Shown here piece by piece: positions 16,255-23,445 of a stretch of DNA of 24,000 nt (within the stretch, counting starts at the first letter, position 1; every line of letters begins with the position of its first letter). The position numbers and the translations under genes are program-made. The DNA comes from Thermoproteota archaeon (lineage in GTDB: Archaea > Thermoproteota > Thermoprotei_A > Sulfolobales > NBVN01). Below the pieces are notes generated by a model that saw nothing but the letters and a program-made list of their open reading frames with translations, had not been told where the DNA came from and did not search any database. The stretch is taken from positions 59,029 to 83,028 of the forward strand of contig JAUQPH010000006.1 in assembly GCA_030550455.1 (NCBI GenBank), written 5' to 3'.

Positions 16255-16737
16255 CTAGCGCTCGTTTTTAATTCTAAGTAGCTCTACGAGATGATTCGGC
16301 CAAGGAGCTAGAGTATACTTCTTCAACCACTCCTCGTCGAAGCCTTCTTCTTTAAGCTTGCTTATGATGCTGTCAATAACTTCATGCGGAATCTTCCCAG
16401 CCGAAGCCGCAGGGCAGTCTAAGTCGAGGTAAACTACTCTCTCTCCCGTAGTGAAGTCGTAGTAGACCATTACAGGCCACAGCCTGCAGTCAAGAGGTCT
16501 CTTAGGGTATATAGAGCAGAACCCCGACTTATCTAAGTAAGGACATGGGTAACCGTCTCTAGAGCCAACTGCCTTAATTGGTCCGCAAGCTGTCTTAACC
16601 TCGAAACTGCTATCTTTAAAGTCTTCCTCTTCCTCAGGTAGGAGGACTGCGTAAAACCTTTTACAGCAGTTTTCATTGCACTTAGAGCAAATATCCCCGA
16701 AGTTTACGAACGCGAACTTGTCAGATTTTTTACCCAT
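16255..16737 (-). CDS. YkgJ/UPF0153-family putative Fe-S/zinc-binding protein (CxxCxxCC motif)
   Basis: 160-aa ORF. CSKCNENCC motif, followed by YPCPYL...GFCSIYPKRPLDCRLWP, characteristic of the YkgJ family. Confidence 0.7.
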   Translation of the reverse strand: MGKKSDKFAFVNFGDICSKCNENCCKRFYAVLLPEEEEDFKDSSFEVKTACGPIKAVGSRDGYPCPYLDKSGFCSIYPKRPLDCRLWPVMVYYDFTTGERVVYLDLDCPAASAGKIPHEVIDSIISKLKEEGFDEEWLKKYTLAPWPNHLVELLRIKNER

Positions 16738-16817
16738 ATAGGGTCTAGCCCTTATCCAAGTAGACTACTTATGGCAAAGGTATTTAAGTAGTGAATGCCG
16801 TCGGCGCCCGCAAGCTA

Positions 16818-18035
16818 CTACCTAATTAAAACTTCCGGCGCCGACTTTCTAGCTAAGACTGACGCGATTACTCTACCGAGAGTAGAAGCTATGAAAACAG
16901 TGTTCATTGCCAATAGGCTCACTGAGGCTATGGAGGCACCGATCCTGGAGGCCGCAGAGGCGAGCGTATTGCCGGCGACGTTCAGTATCGCTATGAAGTA
17001 GACCCTCACTGCCCTCTTCGGTAAGTAGAGGGTGTAGATGTTGTTAGCGAGGTTGTAAGCAGCCCATACGAACCCTGAGTAAACCTCTAGAGCTATCTGC
17101 CCCGGAAGGCTGGGTAAGAAGATGAAAGCTGCTGGAATAGGTGACGTTAGTGCTATACCGACGTAGAGAGTCTTTTTAAGTCCTAACCTCCTTGAAACCC
17201 TACTCCAGATTCTGAACCCTACTGATTGGCTTAGGTTCGCAGCTATGGCCTTCATCGTGACCCACGTCTCGTTGCCTCCGAGCACATTGAGCAGGTAGTA
17301 GTTCCATAGTGCTCCGGGCAGGTTGACGATGAAGGTAAACAACGTAGCAACCTTAATGTAGGAAGTACAACCACTACTTCTAGTCACGTCAATAAAATCC
17401 TTTACTAGATCCTTGATAGACGTTCTCGAAGCCGGTGGATCAACGTCTTTCAGCATCAGCAAAAACCCGGACGATATAGCGGAAAATACTAGAGATGTGG
17501 AGTATGTAGCAACATATCCCTCTTCCTCAGGTAGCAAGTTGAAGAAAACTGTTGCTACAACTAGACCTAAGCTGTTAGCTACTAGGTTTATAGAGCTAAG
17601 AGAGCTGAAGAACTTGATAGCTCTCTCCCTACCCACTAAGTCAGCACCAACGTCACCGGAAGCCACTGCGGCAATAGAGCCGGAGAGCTGAGCCGTGGCT
17701 ATAGCTGTTAAGAACGCCCAGGCTCTATGCTCAGAAGGCAGGTTGTGAGAGAAACCCGTTAAAGCCCAAAGGCACCTATTCAGGAGGCCCATGGCTTTCC
17801 AAAACAGTATCCGCCTATTTCTAAACACTGAGACAACGACCGACCCAAGCAAGTAGCCAACTCCGAGAGTGCCGAGATGAACGAGTACCATAGTGCCAAG
17901 CAACTCTAGGTCGAACTTTAGTACCTTAATTGCGTATGCTTGAGCAATAGTAGTCGACATACTCATCGAGAAGTTGTATGTAGCCGCCTCCGCCCTCCAG
18001 AGAGCCAGTAGTCTAGACCTCTCGTATTCAGACAA
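16818..18035 (-). CDS. Polytopic membrane transporter, probably major facilitator superfamily
   Basis: 405-aa ORF with ~12 hydrophobic segments in a 6+6 arrangement around a central hydrophilic loop (DVDPPASRTSIKDLVKDFIDVTRSSG). No diagnostic motif was recognised with certainty. Confidence 0.55.
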   Translation of the reverse strand: MSEYERSRLLALWRAEAATYNFSMSMSTTIAQAYAIKVLKFDLELLGTMVLVHLGTLGVGYLLGSVVVSVFRNRRILFWKAMGLLNRCLWALTGFSHNLPSEHRAWAFLTAIATAQLSGSIAAVASGDVGADLVGRERAIKFFSSLSSINLVANSLGLVVATVFFNLLPEEEGYVATYSTSLVFSAISSGFLLMLKDVDPPASRTSIKDLVKDFIDVTRSSGCTSYIKVATLFTFIVNLPGALWNYYLLNVLGGNETWVTMKAIAANLSQSVGFRIWSRVSRRLGLKKTLYVGIALTSPIPAAFIFLPSLPGQIALEVYSGFVWAAYNLANNIYTLYLPKRAVRVYFIAILNVAGNTLASAASRIGASIASVSLLAMNTVFIASTLGRVIASVLARKSAPEVLIR

Positions 18036-18054
18036 CTACTCGGACACCGTAACA

Positions 18055-18834
18055 CTAAAACTCTATATCTATATTCGGGTCTTTTGACTTAAGCTCTAGA
18101 ACTACTCTCTCAAATACTGACTCGGTTTTACCGATGTTCATGATGTCCAAAATAGCGTCAAAAACGTAGTAAAAGTCTGTAACAGACCTTAGAGTCAGTG
18201 AGGGCTCCGACACTAAGTCTTCTCTGACAGCACTAAGAGATGAAACAACTATCTCGCGTGCCTTAGACATGTCGTAAGACTTAGGGACTTTAACAGTCAG
18301 TTTGAGGGATAATCCGTAAGTGCTCATTCTGTTAACAACCGTTGTATGAGAGATCTTGGAGTAAGGAACGTAGACCCTCTCCCTCCTCAGCGTCTCCAAG
18401 ACCACACCTAGAGAACTCATCTTCATTACTCTTCCCTGGATTCCGTCTACTTCTATCCAGTCACCCTCTCTGAACGCCTTGATGTTTCTTACGTAAAGCT
18501 CGGATCCCACGTTTCTCAAGACGTCCGAGAACATGACTATGATCCCGATTCCAACAGTTAGGAGCAGAGCAACAAAAACTTGAGGTTCTGCCGCTACGAA
18601 GCTTATGGCCATGAGTACTGCTATAGCATATATGATAGCCTTAAAGAACATCACGAATCTCTCTATGAACTCATGTTCCTCTGTTTTGACTATAAGTGAA
18701 ACAGCTTTATCGACGTACTTATTCACTATGTATGCAATCACGATCACTATAGCAGCCTGTAGTACTCTAACTAGGTATACTCCAACCCATCCGGCAAGAA
18801 CCTCGAGCCAGGACGGCATCTGTAATCCCCTCAT
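18055..18834 (-). CDS. Small-conductance mechanosensitive channel (MscS family)
   Basis: 259-aa ORF with three N-terminal TM helices. The MscS beta-domain pattern follows: FREGDWIEVDGIQGRVMKMSSLGVVLETLRRERVYVPYSKISHTTVVN. Confidence 0.85.
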   Translation of the reverse strand: MRGLQMPSWLEVLAGWVGVYLVRVLQAAIVIVIAYIVNKYVDKAVSLIVKTEEHEFIERFVMFFKAIIYAIAVLMAISFVAAEPQVFVALLLTVGIGIIVMFSDVLRNVGSELYVRNIKAFREGDWIEVDGIQGRVMKMSSLGVVLETLRRERVYVPYSKISHTTVVNRMSTYGLSLKLTVKVPKSYDMSKAREIVVSSLSAVREDLVSEPSLTLRSVTDFYYVFDAILDIMNIGKTESVFERVVLELKSKDPNIDIEF

Positions 18835-19544
18835 CCAGGAGGCCTTCTTGACTCTAGTGCTGTATAAACCCTTTCGGCTAGCATAAAAAGCTTGTTTAAT
18901 CTTTCGACTGCTGATTGAAGGTCTCGGTCGGTTGGTGATGCCACGACGATCAGGTCTCCCTCGGCTATGAGGTAGTCGCTAGACGTAATGTAGCTACCGT
19001 CTTTATCGTAAAGAGCTACGAGCCCTCTAACACTACTTACCTCACTAGTGATATCTCGAAGCGATATGCCAAGCCTCGCTCTCCTAAAGACTCTGTACGC
19101 CTTAACACTTAGGTTTGCGAAAGAGCGTATAGGTATCTCCACCCAAGTGTCTAAACCTATTATAGAGCCTAGAGCACTCTCGATGAACTGTCCTACGTGG
19201 ATCAAGAAGCTAAAGCCGCAGTCCGCATAAACTCTAGAAGCTTCTGCGGTTGCTGTAAAAGCTATTACTAGCGGGACTCCACTACGCTTTAGATTCCTAC
19301 CTAGCTCACAGGAGTTACTCGTGGACTCAAGCTGCACTATAGCTACATCGACTAGCTTGAGGTCTATTTTACTGCTCAGCGATTCAACTCCCTCTAAAAC
19401 CTGGTCAACATTTAGCGAAGAGGCCTGTTCTACAACTTCCTTACTAGTCGCTAGTATAGTTATGTGTGCCTTACTGTCGTATTTAAGTACAGCATTCACT
19501 AGAAGTAAAGCGAGCTTATCACCTACTATTACTAGGTACCTCAT
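18831..19544 (-). CDS. TrkA/RCK-family regulatory protein (degenerate TrkA-N plus TrkA-C domain)
   Basis: 237-aa ORF. Rossmann-like N-terminus MRYLVIVGDKLALLLV with no clean GxGxxG. The C-terminal TrkA-C pattern is GISLRDITSEVSSVRGLVALYDKDGSYITSSDYLIAEGDLIVVASP. Its TGA overlaps the ATG of the MscS gene (ATGA at 18831-18834). Confidence 0.7.
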   Translation of the reverse strand: MRYLVIVGDKLALLLVNAVLKYDSKAHITILATSKEVVEQASSLNVDQVLEGVESLSSKIDLKLVDVAIVQLESTSNSCELGRNLKRSGVPLVIAFTATAEASRVYADCGFSFLIHVGQFIESALGSIIGLDTWVEIPIRSFANLSVKAYRVFRRARLGISLRDITSEVSSVRGLVALYDKDGSYITSSDYLIAEGDLIVVASPTDRDLQSAVERLNKLFMLAERVYTALESRRPPG

Positions 19545-19625
19545 ACCTATCTAGTACAATATCTGAAGGTAGCTTATATCTATAGTAAGTTTAAATCTCG
19601 TACTATAATACGGTAGGGTGTCTAA

Positions 19626-20411
19626 ATGGGGAAACTAGGTATCGAGGGTTATAGGGTACTTATTACAGCCTCAACTCGTGGCATCGGCAGGGGAATAGCG
19701 GAAGTACTGCTCGAAGAGGGTGCTAGAGTCTTTATATGTGGAAGATCTAGAGAGTCTGTTGATAGAGCGATATCTGAGTTAAAACCTCTTGGAGAAGTTT
19801 ACGGCTCTCCAGCAGACATTACAGTAAGAGAGCAGGCTGAAGGCATTGTAGATAAAGCATGCGAGGTACTAGGTGGTCTAGATGGACTAGTCTACGTTAC
19901 TGGTCCACCTAGACCCGGGACGTTCATGGAGCTTGATTTAAGCGACTGGGACTACGGAGTCAAGCTACTCGTTTTAAGCGCTATATGGGTAACTAGAAAG
20001 GCTATACCCTACGTAGAGAAGTCCGGAAGGGGTTCACTAATTTATCTGACTAGTACCGCAGTTAAGGAACCCATACACAACCTAGCTCTTTCTAACGTAC
20101 TTAGAGTATCTATACACAACCTAGTGAAAACTCTCTCGAGGGAGCTAGGTCCTAGAGGCATTCGTGTAAACGCTATTGCCCCCGGCTACATCTACACCGA
20201 GAGAACACTGCAGGTAGCGAGAGACCAGTCCGCAAGAACAGGTAAGAGCGTTAATGAGATAATTAGTGAGTGGGCTAACGACGTACCACTTAAGAGGCTG
20301 GGTACAACTAGGGAAGTAGGTTATGCTGTGGCCTTCCTGTTAAGCCCTCTAGCTTCATACATATCCGGAGTTGTCCTACCTGTAGACGGCGGTCGACTAA
20401 GGTCTCTTTAG
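19626..20411 (+). CDS. Short-chain dehydrogenase/reductase (FabG-like SDR)
   Basis: 261-aa ORF. Cofactor motif ITASTRGIGRGIA, then the pattern ending IRVNAIAPGYIYT and the C-terminal YISGVVLPVDGG. TATA AGTTTAAATC lies ~30 nt upstream. Confidence 0.9.
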   Translation: MGKLGIEGYRVLITASTRGIGRGIAEVLLEEGARVFICGRSRESVDRAISELKPLGEVYGSPADITVREQAEGIVDKACEVLGGLDGLVYVTGPPRPGTFMELDLSDWDYGVKLLVLSAIWVTRKAIPYVEKSGRGSLIYLTSTAVKEPIHNLALSNVLRVSIHNLVKTLSRELGPRGIRVNAIAPGYIYTERTLQVARDQSARTGKSVNEIISEWANDVPLKRLGTTREVGYAVAFLLSPLASYISGVVLPVDGGRLRSL

Positions 20412-20417
20412 CAATAG

Positions 20418-21122
20418 GTGCTGTGTTTGACAACCAATAAGCTAGAGAGACTTTTTCGAACGAACAGCTCGGTAAAGCTCTCAGCATACGTGCTACTTGC
20501 CGACGGTCTTTTCTCTCTATCTTCAGAATACGAGTGCGAGACGTACGGAGACGTTGGAGATAATGAAGTGAGGGTTTACTACAGTAGATGCTCCTTAGGT
20601 CAGAACCTCTTCGAGCTTGAAGAGCTAAGGGAGAGCGGTGTAGCAGTCCATCTCGTTAATGGAGTAAACGGTAAGAGCCCCGAAAAACTACTGGAGGAAG
20701 CAAGTAGATACGCACTCGAAGTAGTAAGCGAACTAAAGTACTACTCATACTTAACTTCGCAGACAAGAGTGGAGTACAGTCTCTTTGTGATGAAGTCTGG
20801 TGATGTATATATAGCTGAGGGAGAAGTAGATAGGGTTTCACTACCTTACGTAAGCGACGTAATTCTCGAAGCACATACTCACCCAATTTCTTGTACTCCC
20901 TCCGAGAGAGATGCCGTTACTGCCATGGTGAGATTTATGGAGGGGTTATATGCGTCAGCCATAGTTGGTCCTAGCTGCGTACTTTTGATATACAGAGTCA
21001 GACCTCTTACTGAAGAGGACTTAGTAGCTATCAGAAGACTCCCAGAGCTACTAGAGAGCCAAAGACCCTGGACAGGAACGATGAGTCTTGGGAGAATGAA
21101 GGTTTTGTTAGTGCCGTATTGA
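20418..21122 (+). CDS. Hypothetical protein with a C-terminal JAB/MPN (JAMM)-like metalloprotease motif
   Basis: 234-aa ORF with a GTG start 6 nt after the SDR stop. The C-terminal half reads VEYSLFVMKSG...VILEAHTHPISCTPSERD, i.e. E...HxHx6SxxD, one residue shorter than the canonical JAMM spacing. The N-terminal ~110 aa were not recognised. Confidence 0.45.
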   Translation: MLCLTTNKLERLFRTNSSVKLSAYVLLADGLFSLSSEYECETYGDVGDNEVRVYYSRCSLGQNLFELEELRESGVAVHLVNGVNGKSPEKLLEEASRYALEVVSELKYYSYLTSQTRVEYSLFVMKSGDVYIAEGEVDRVSLPYVSDVILEAHTHPISCTPSERDAVTAMVRFMEGLYASAIVGPSCVLLIYRVRPLTEEDLVAIRRLPELLESQRPWTGTMSLGRMKVLLVPY

Positions 21123-21129
21123 ACTACAC

Positions 21130-21156
21130 TCGTCTACTATGTAACTAGGTAGACGA
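21130..21156. terminator. Perfect 8-bp hairpin TCGTCTAC-(11 nt)-GTAGACGA between the JAB-like gene and the convergent sRNA
   Basis: The inverted repeat at 21130-21137 / 21149-21156 starts 8 nt after the stop at 21122. It could act on transcripts from either direction. Confidence 0.35.
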
Positions 21157-21181
21157 ACTCGTGCCGGAGTTCCTTGAAGAA

Positions 21182-21243
21182 AAGCGTCAGATAAACCCTG
21201 CCGTCATCACGCTTCAGCGATCGAGGACTTCATCAACTAGCTT
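21182..21243 (-). ncRNA. C/D box sRNA (2'-O-methylation guide RNA)
   Basis: The minus strand reads AAGC-tag-tTGATGA(C)-agtcctcgatcg(12 nt)-CTGA(D')-agc-GTGATGA(C')-cggcagggtttat(13 nt)-CTGA(D)-c-GCTTttcttc. Box order and spacing are canonical for archaea. The 4-bp terminal complement is AAGC/GCTT, and a T-tract follows box D directly. Confidence 0.75.
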
Positions 21244-21244
21244 A

Positions 21245-21285
21245 GTAGTATACTACAGCAAGTAGTGACTACAGGAATTTTAAAC
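21245..21285 (-). promoter_or_regulatory. Putative sRNA promoter: TATA GTTTAAAATT (21276-21285, minus sense) followed by two palindromic operator-like sites
   Basis: GTAGTGACTAC (21262-21272) and GTAGTATACTAC (21245-21256) lie between the TATA box and the C box. They cover the expected transcription start, ~25 nt downstream of the TATA box. Confidence 0.4.
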
Positions 21286-21364
21286 AGATCTCGGCTTGTT
21301 TCGCCTCGATTTTCCGGTCTGATATACGTGAGGGTTTGAGAACGTGGGTAGTGGAGTACGTAAA

Positions 21365-22573
21365 CTATCCTGTTGCTCTCGAGACTATGTACTCTATAGT
21401 CCTCTTTATTATCTCCATTATCTGGTGCGGCAGTTTGGGTTCTTCAATGCTTAAGAAGCCCTTAATTATGGCCGCACGAGCTTCCTCCTCAGAAAATCCT
21501 TTGCTCATGAGGTAGCTTATTTGGTCCTCGCTTATCTTACCTATAGCTGCTTCATGAGTTAGAACTGCCTCCGGAGTCGACGAGCTTATCTCAGGTAGTG
21601 ACTCGATTACTGCGTTTGGGCCATCGACGAGTCCCAAACACTCTATATGCCCTCTCGATGGACCAACAACACTCTCAATTCGGGACCTTGCGTATATCGC
21701 CGAGTTCTCCCTACCGAGGTTTCTCGATAGTATCTCACCGGAGGACTCCCTACCTTTTAGGATTATAGCAGAACCGACATCGTATATGCTACTACCAGTG
21801 CCTACAACTACCGAGTTTAGTGTAGTCTTAGCTCTATCTCGCAAGTACACTTTTGGATAGGTTTGGAGAGACTCGACTGGTGAGTAGATCACGTAGTAAC
21901 TAACGTACTCACCTCCCTCATGAACATCTACAGCTGTCCTGGGTCTCACCACCATATCCGGGGCCCAGGCATGTATCATAGTGTATGTAAGCTTAGCTCC
22001 TCTTCCCACGTAAAACTCGGAGATCCCCACGTGGAGAGACTTCGTCGGCTGGTCCGGTACTCCGCAACCGGTGATCAAGTTCAATTCGGCACCTTCGTCG
22101 ACAACAACGATATTGTGAAGTAGTTGAGCATAGTTCTTCTTGGTTATAAAAAGGCACGTATATATAGGTTCTCTAACCTTAGTGCCTGGAGGTACGTAGA
22201 TGAAGAACCCGTACTCCCTTCCGTATAGATAAGATGCTGCTGTGTACTTATCTACAGTCGGCTCTATCAGTCTCCATGAGTAAGAAGTTGCCCAGTCGAG
22301 CTTCCTTAGGGCTTCGTAAGTAGGTAAAACTACAGCACCGTACTTAACCAGCTTCTCACTCATCGCTTTAGCAACTATCGACTCATTCACCTGGAGATAG
22401 TCAACCCTCCTGAATACCTGGCTACCAAAACCGAGTCTCTCCGTTATCCTCTCAACACCTCGCTCATCGACCGTCTCAGGAGTCTGGCTGCCTATGTCGA
22501 ACCTACTTAAATCAACGTCGGGACCGTGAGGCGAGGGTTTAGTGAGTGCCTTCAACACCTCATCTCGGTTCAA
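21365..22573 (-). CDS. sufB: SufB/SufD-family Fe-S cluster assembly scaffold
   Basis: 402-aa ORF, translationally coupled to sufC by a 4-nt overlap. It has a beta-helix-type repeat-rich core and the C-terminal pattern THEAAIGKISEDQISYLMSKGFSEEEARAAIIKGF typical of SufB/D. Confidence 0.8.
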   Translation of the reverse strand: MNRDEVLKALTKPSPHGPDVDLSRFDIGSQTPETVDERGVERITERLGFGSQVFRRVDYLQVNESIVAKAMSEKLVKYGAVVLPTYEALRKLDWATSYSWRLIEPTVDKYTAASYLYGREYGFFIYVPPGTKVREPIYTCLFITKKNYAQLLHNIVVVDEGAELNLITGCGVPDQPTKSLHVGISEFYVGRGAKLTYTMIHAWAPDMVVRPRTAVDVHEGGEYVSYYVIYSPVESLQTYPKVYLRDRAKTTLNSVVVGTGSSIYDVGSAIILKGRESSGEILSRNLGRENSAIYARSRIESVVGPSRGHIECLGLVDGPNAVIESLPEISSSTPEAVLTHEAAIGKISEDQISYLMSKGFSEEEARAAIIKGFLSIEEPKLPHQIMEIIKRTIEYIVSRATG

Positions 22574-23307
22574 TGCGTACCACCCACTAGTCGCGATAGA
22601 GCCCCAGAAAGCCCGTGCTTCTCGATCGTCGGGACCACCTCATCGTAGAGACCTGAGTGTATTATAGTCCCACCATAAAGTACGTGGACGAACTTAATAT
22701 GGTCTCGAAGTAGCTTTATCATATGTAACGAGTGAGTCACTAAAACCACAGAACCCCCTGAGTTGAGAGCTACCTTAATTGCGTTACTCATCTTTTCTAC
22801 GCTATCTATATCGACACCGCTATCGGGTTCGTCAAGCAACGCTACCTTAGGTCTAACGAGTAGCGTTAAAAACATCTCAAGCCTCTTTCTCTCACCACCA
22901 CTCATCTTATCAAATAAGTACCTATCCAACAAATACCTAACGTCTAGAGTTTCTAAGAGGGTATCTACATAGATCTTCATGACTCCATATCTTCTCACTA
23001 ACTCGTCGGCAAACTTCCCGGCTACAATGCCCTTCAGAACTGGGGGGAGCTGGTGTGCTATGGCTATACCTCTCCTAGCTTTTAGGTGCGGAGGTTCCCG
23101 AGTTACATCCACGTCCATGAAGATCACTTGTCCATTAACGACCTCGTAGGGCTTGATCCCCATTATAGCGTTGAGTAGCGACGTCTTACCCGAGCCGTTG
23201 GGGCCTATAAGCACATGGAGTTCTCTAGAGTCTACCTTCATGTTGATATTCGAGAGTACTGTGCGGGCCCCTATAGCAACACCGACATTTCTTAACTCCA
23301 GCAGCAT
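22570..23307 (-). CDS. sufC: Fe-S cluster assembly ATPase SufC
   Basis: Walker A GPNGSGKTS, ABC signature MSGGERKRLE, Walker B LLDEPDSGVDIDS, H-loop VTHS. The track starts at TTG 23319. I prefer ATG 23307 (MLLELRNVGV...) because TATA-like TCTTTAAG is centred ~30 nt upstream of it. Confidence 0.9.
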   Translation of the reverse strand: MLLELRNVGVAIGARTVLSNINMKVDSRELHVLIGPNGSGKTSLLNAIMGIKPYEVVNGQVIFMDVDVTREPPHLKARRGIAIAHQLPPVLKGIVAGKFADELVRRYGVMKIYVDTLLETLDVRYLLDRYLFDKMSGGERKRLEMFLTLLVRPKVALLDEPDSGVDIDSVEKMSNAIKVALNSGGSVVLVTHSLHMIKLLRDHIKFVHVLYGGTIIHSGLYDEVVPTIEKHGLSGALSRLVGGTH

Positions 23308-23445
23308 TCTACGTAACAATATTCGGACTGGCTCTTAAAGATTTCACTAAAGCGCTACTCTCAGTGAGCTTACAGAGATCATACACAATTTATTCAGGTT
23401 AGCTTATACTTTAAGTCGGTGCGTGTCTTGAGGTACTGTAGTGGT

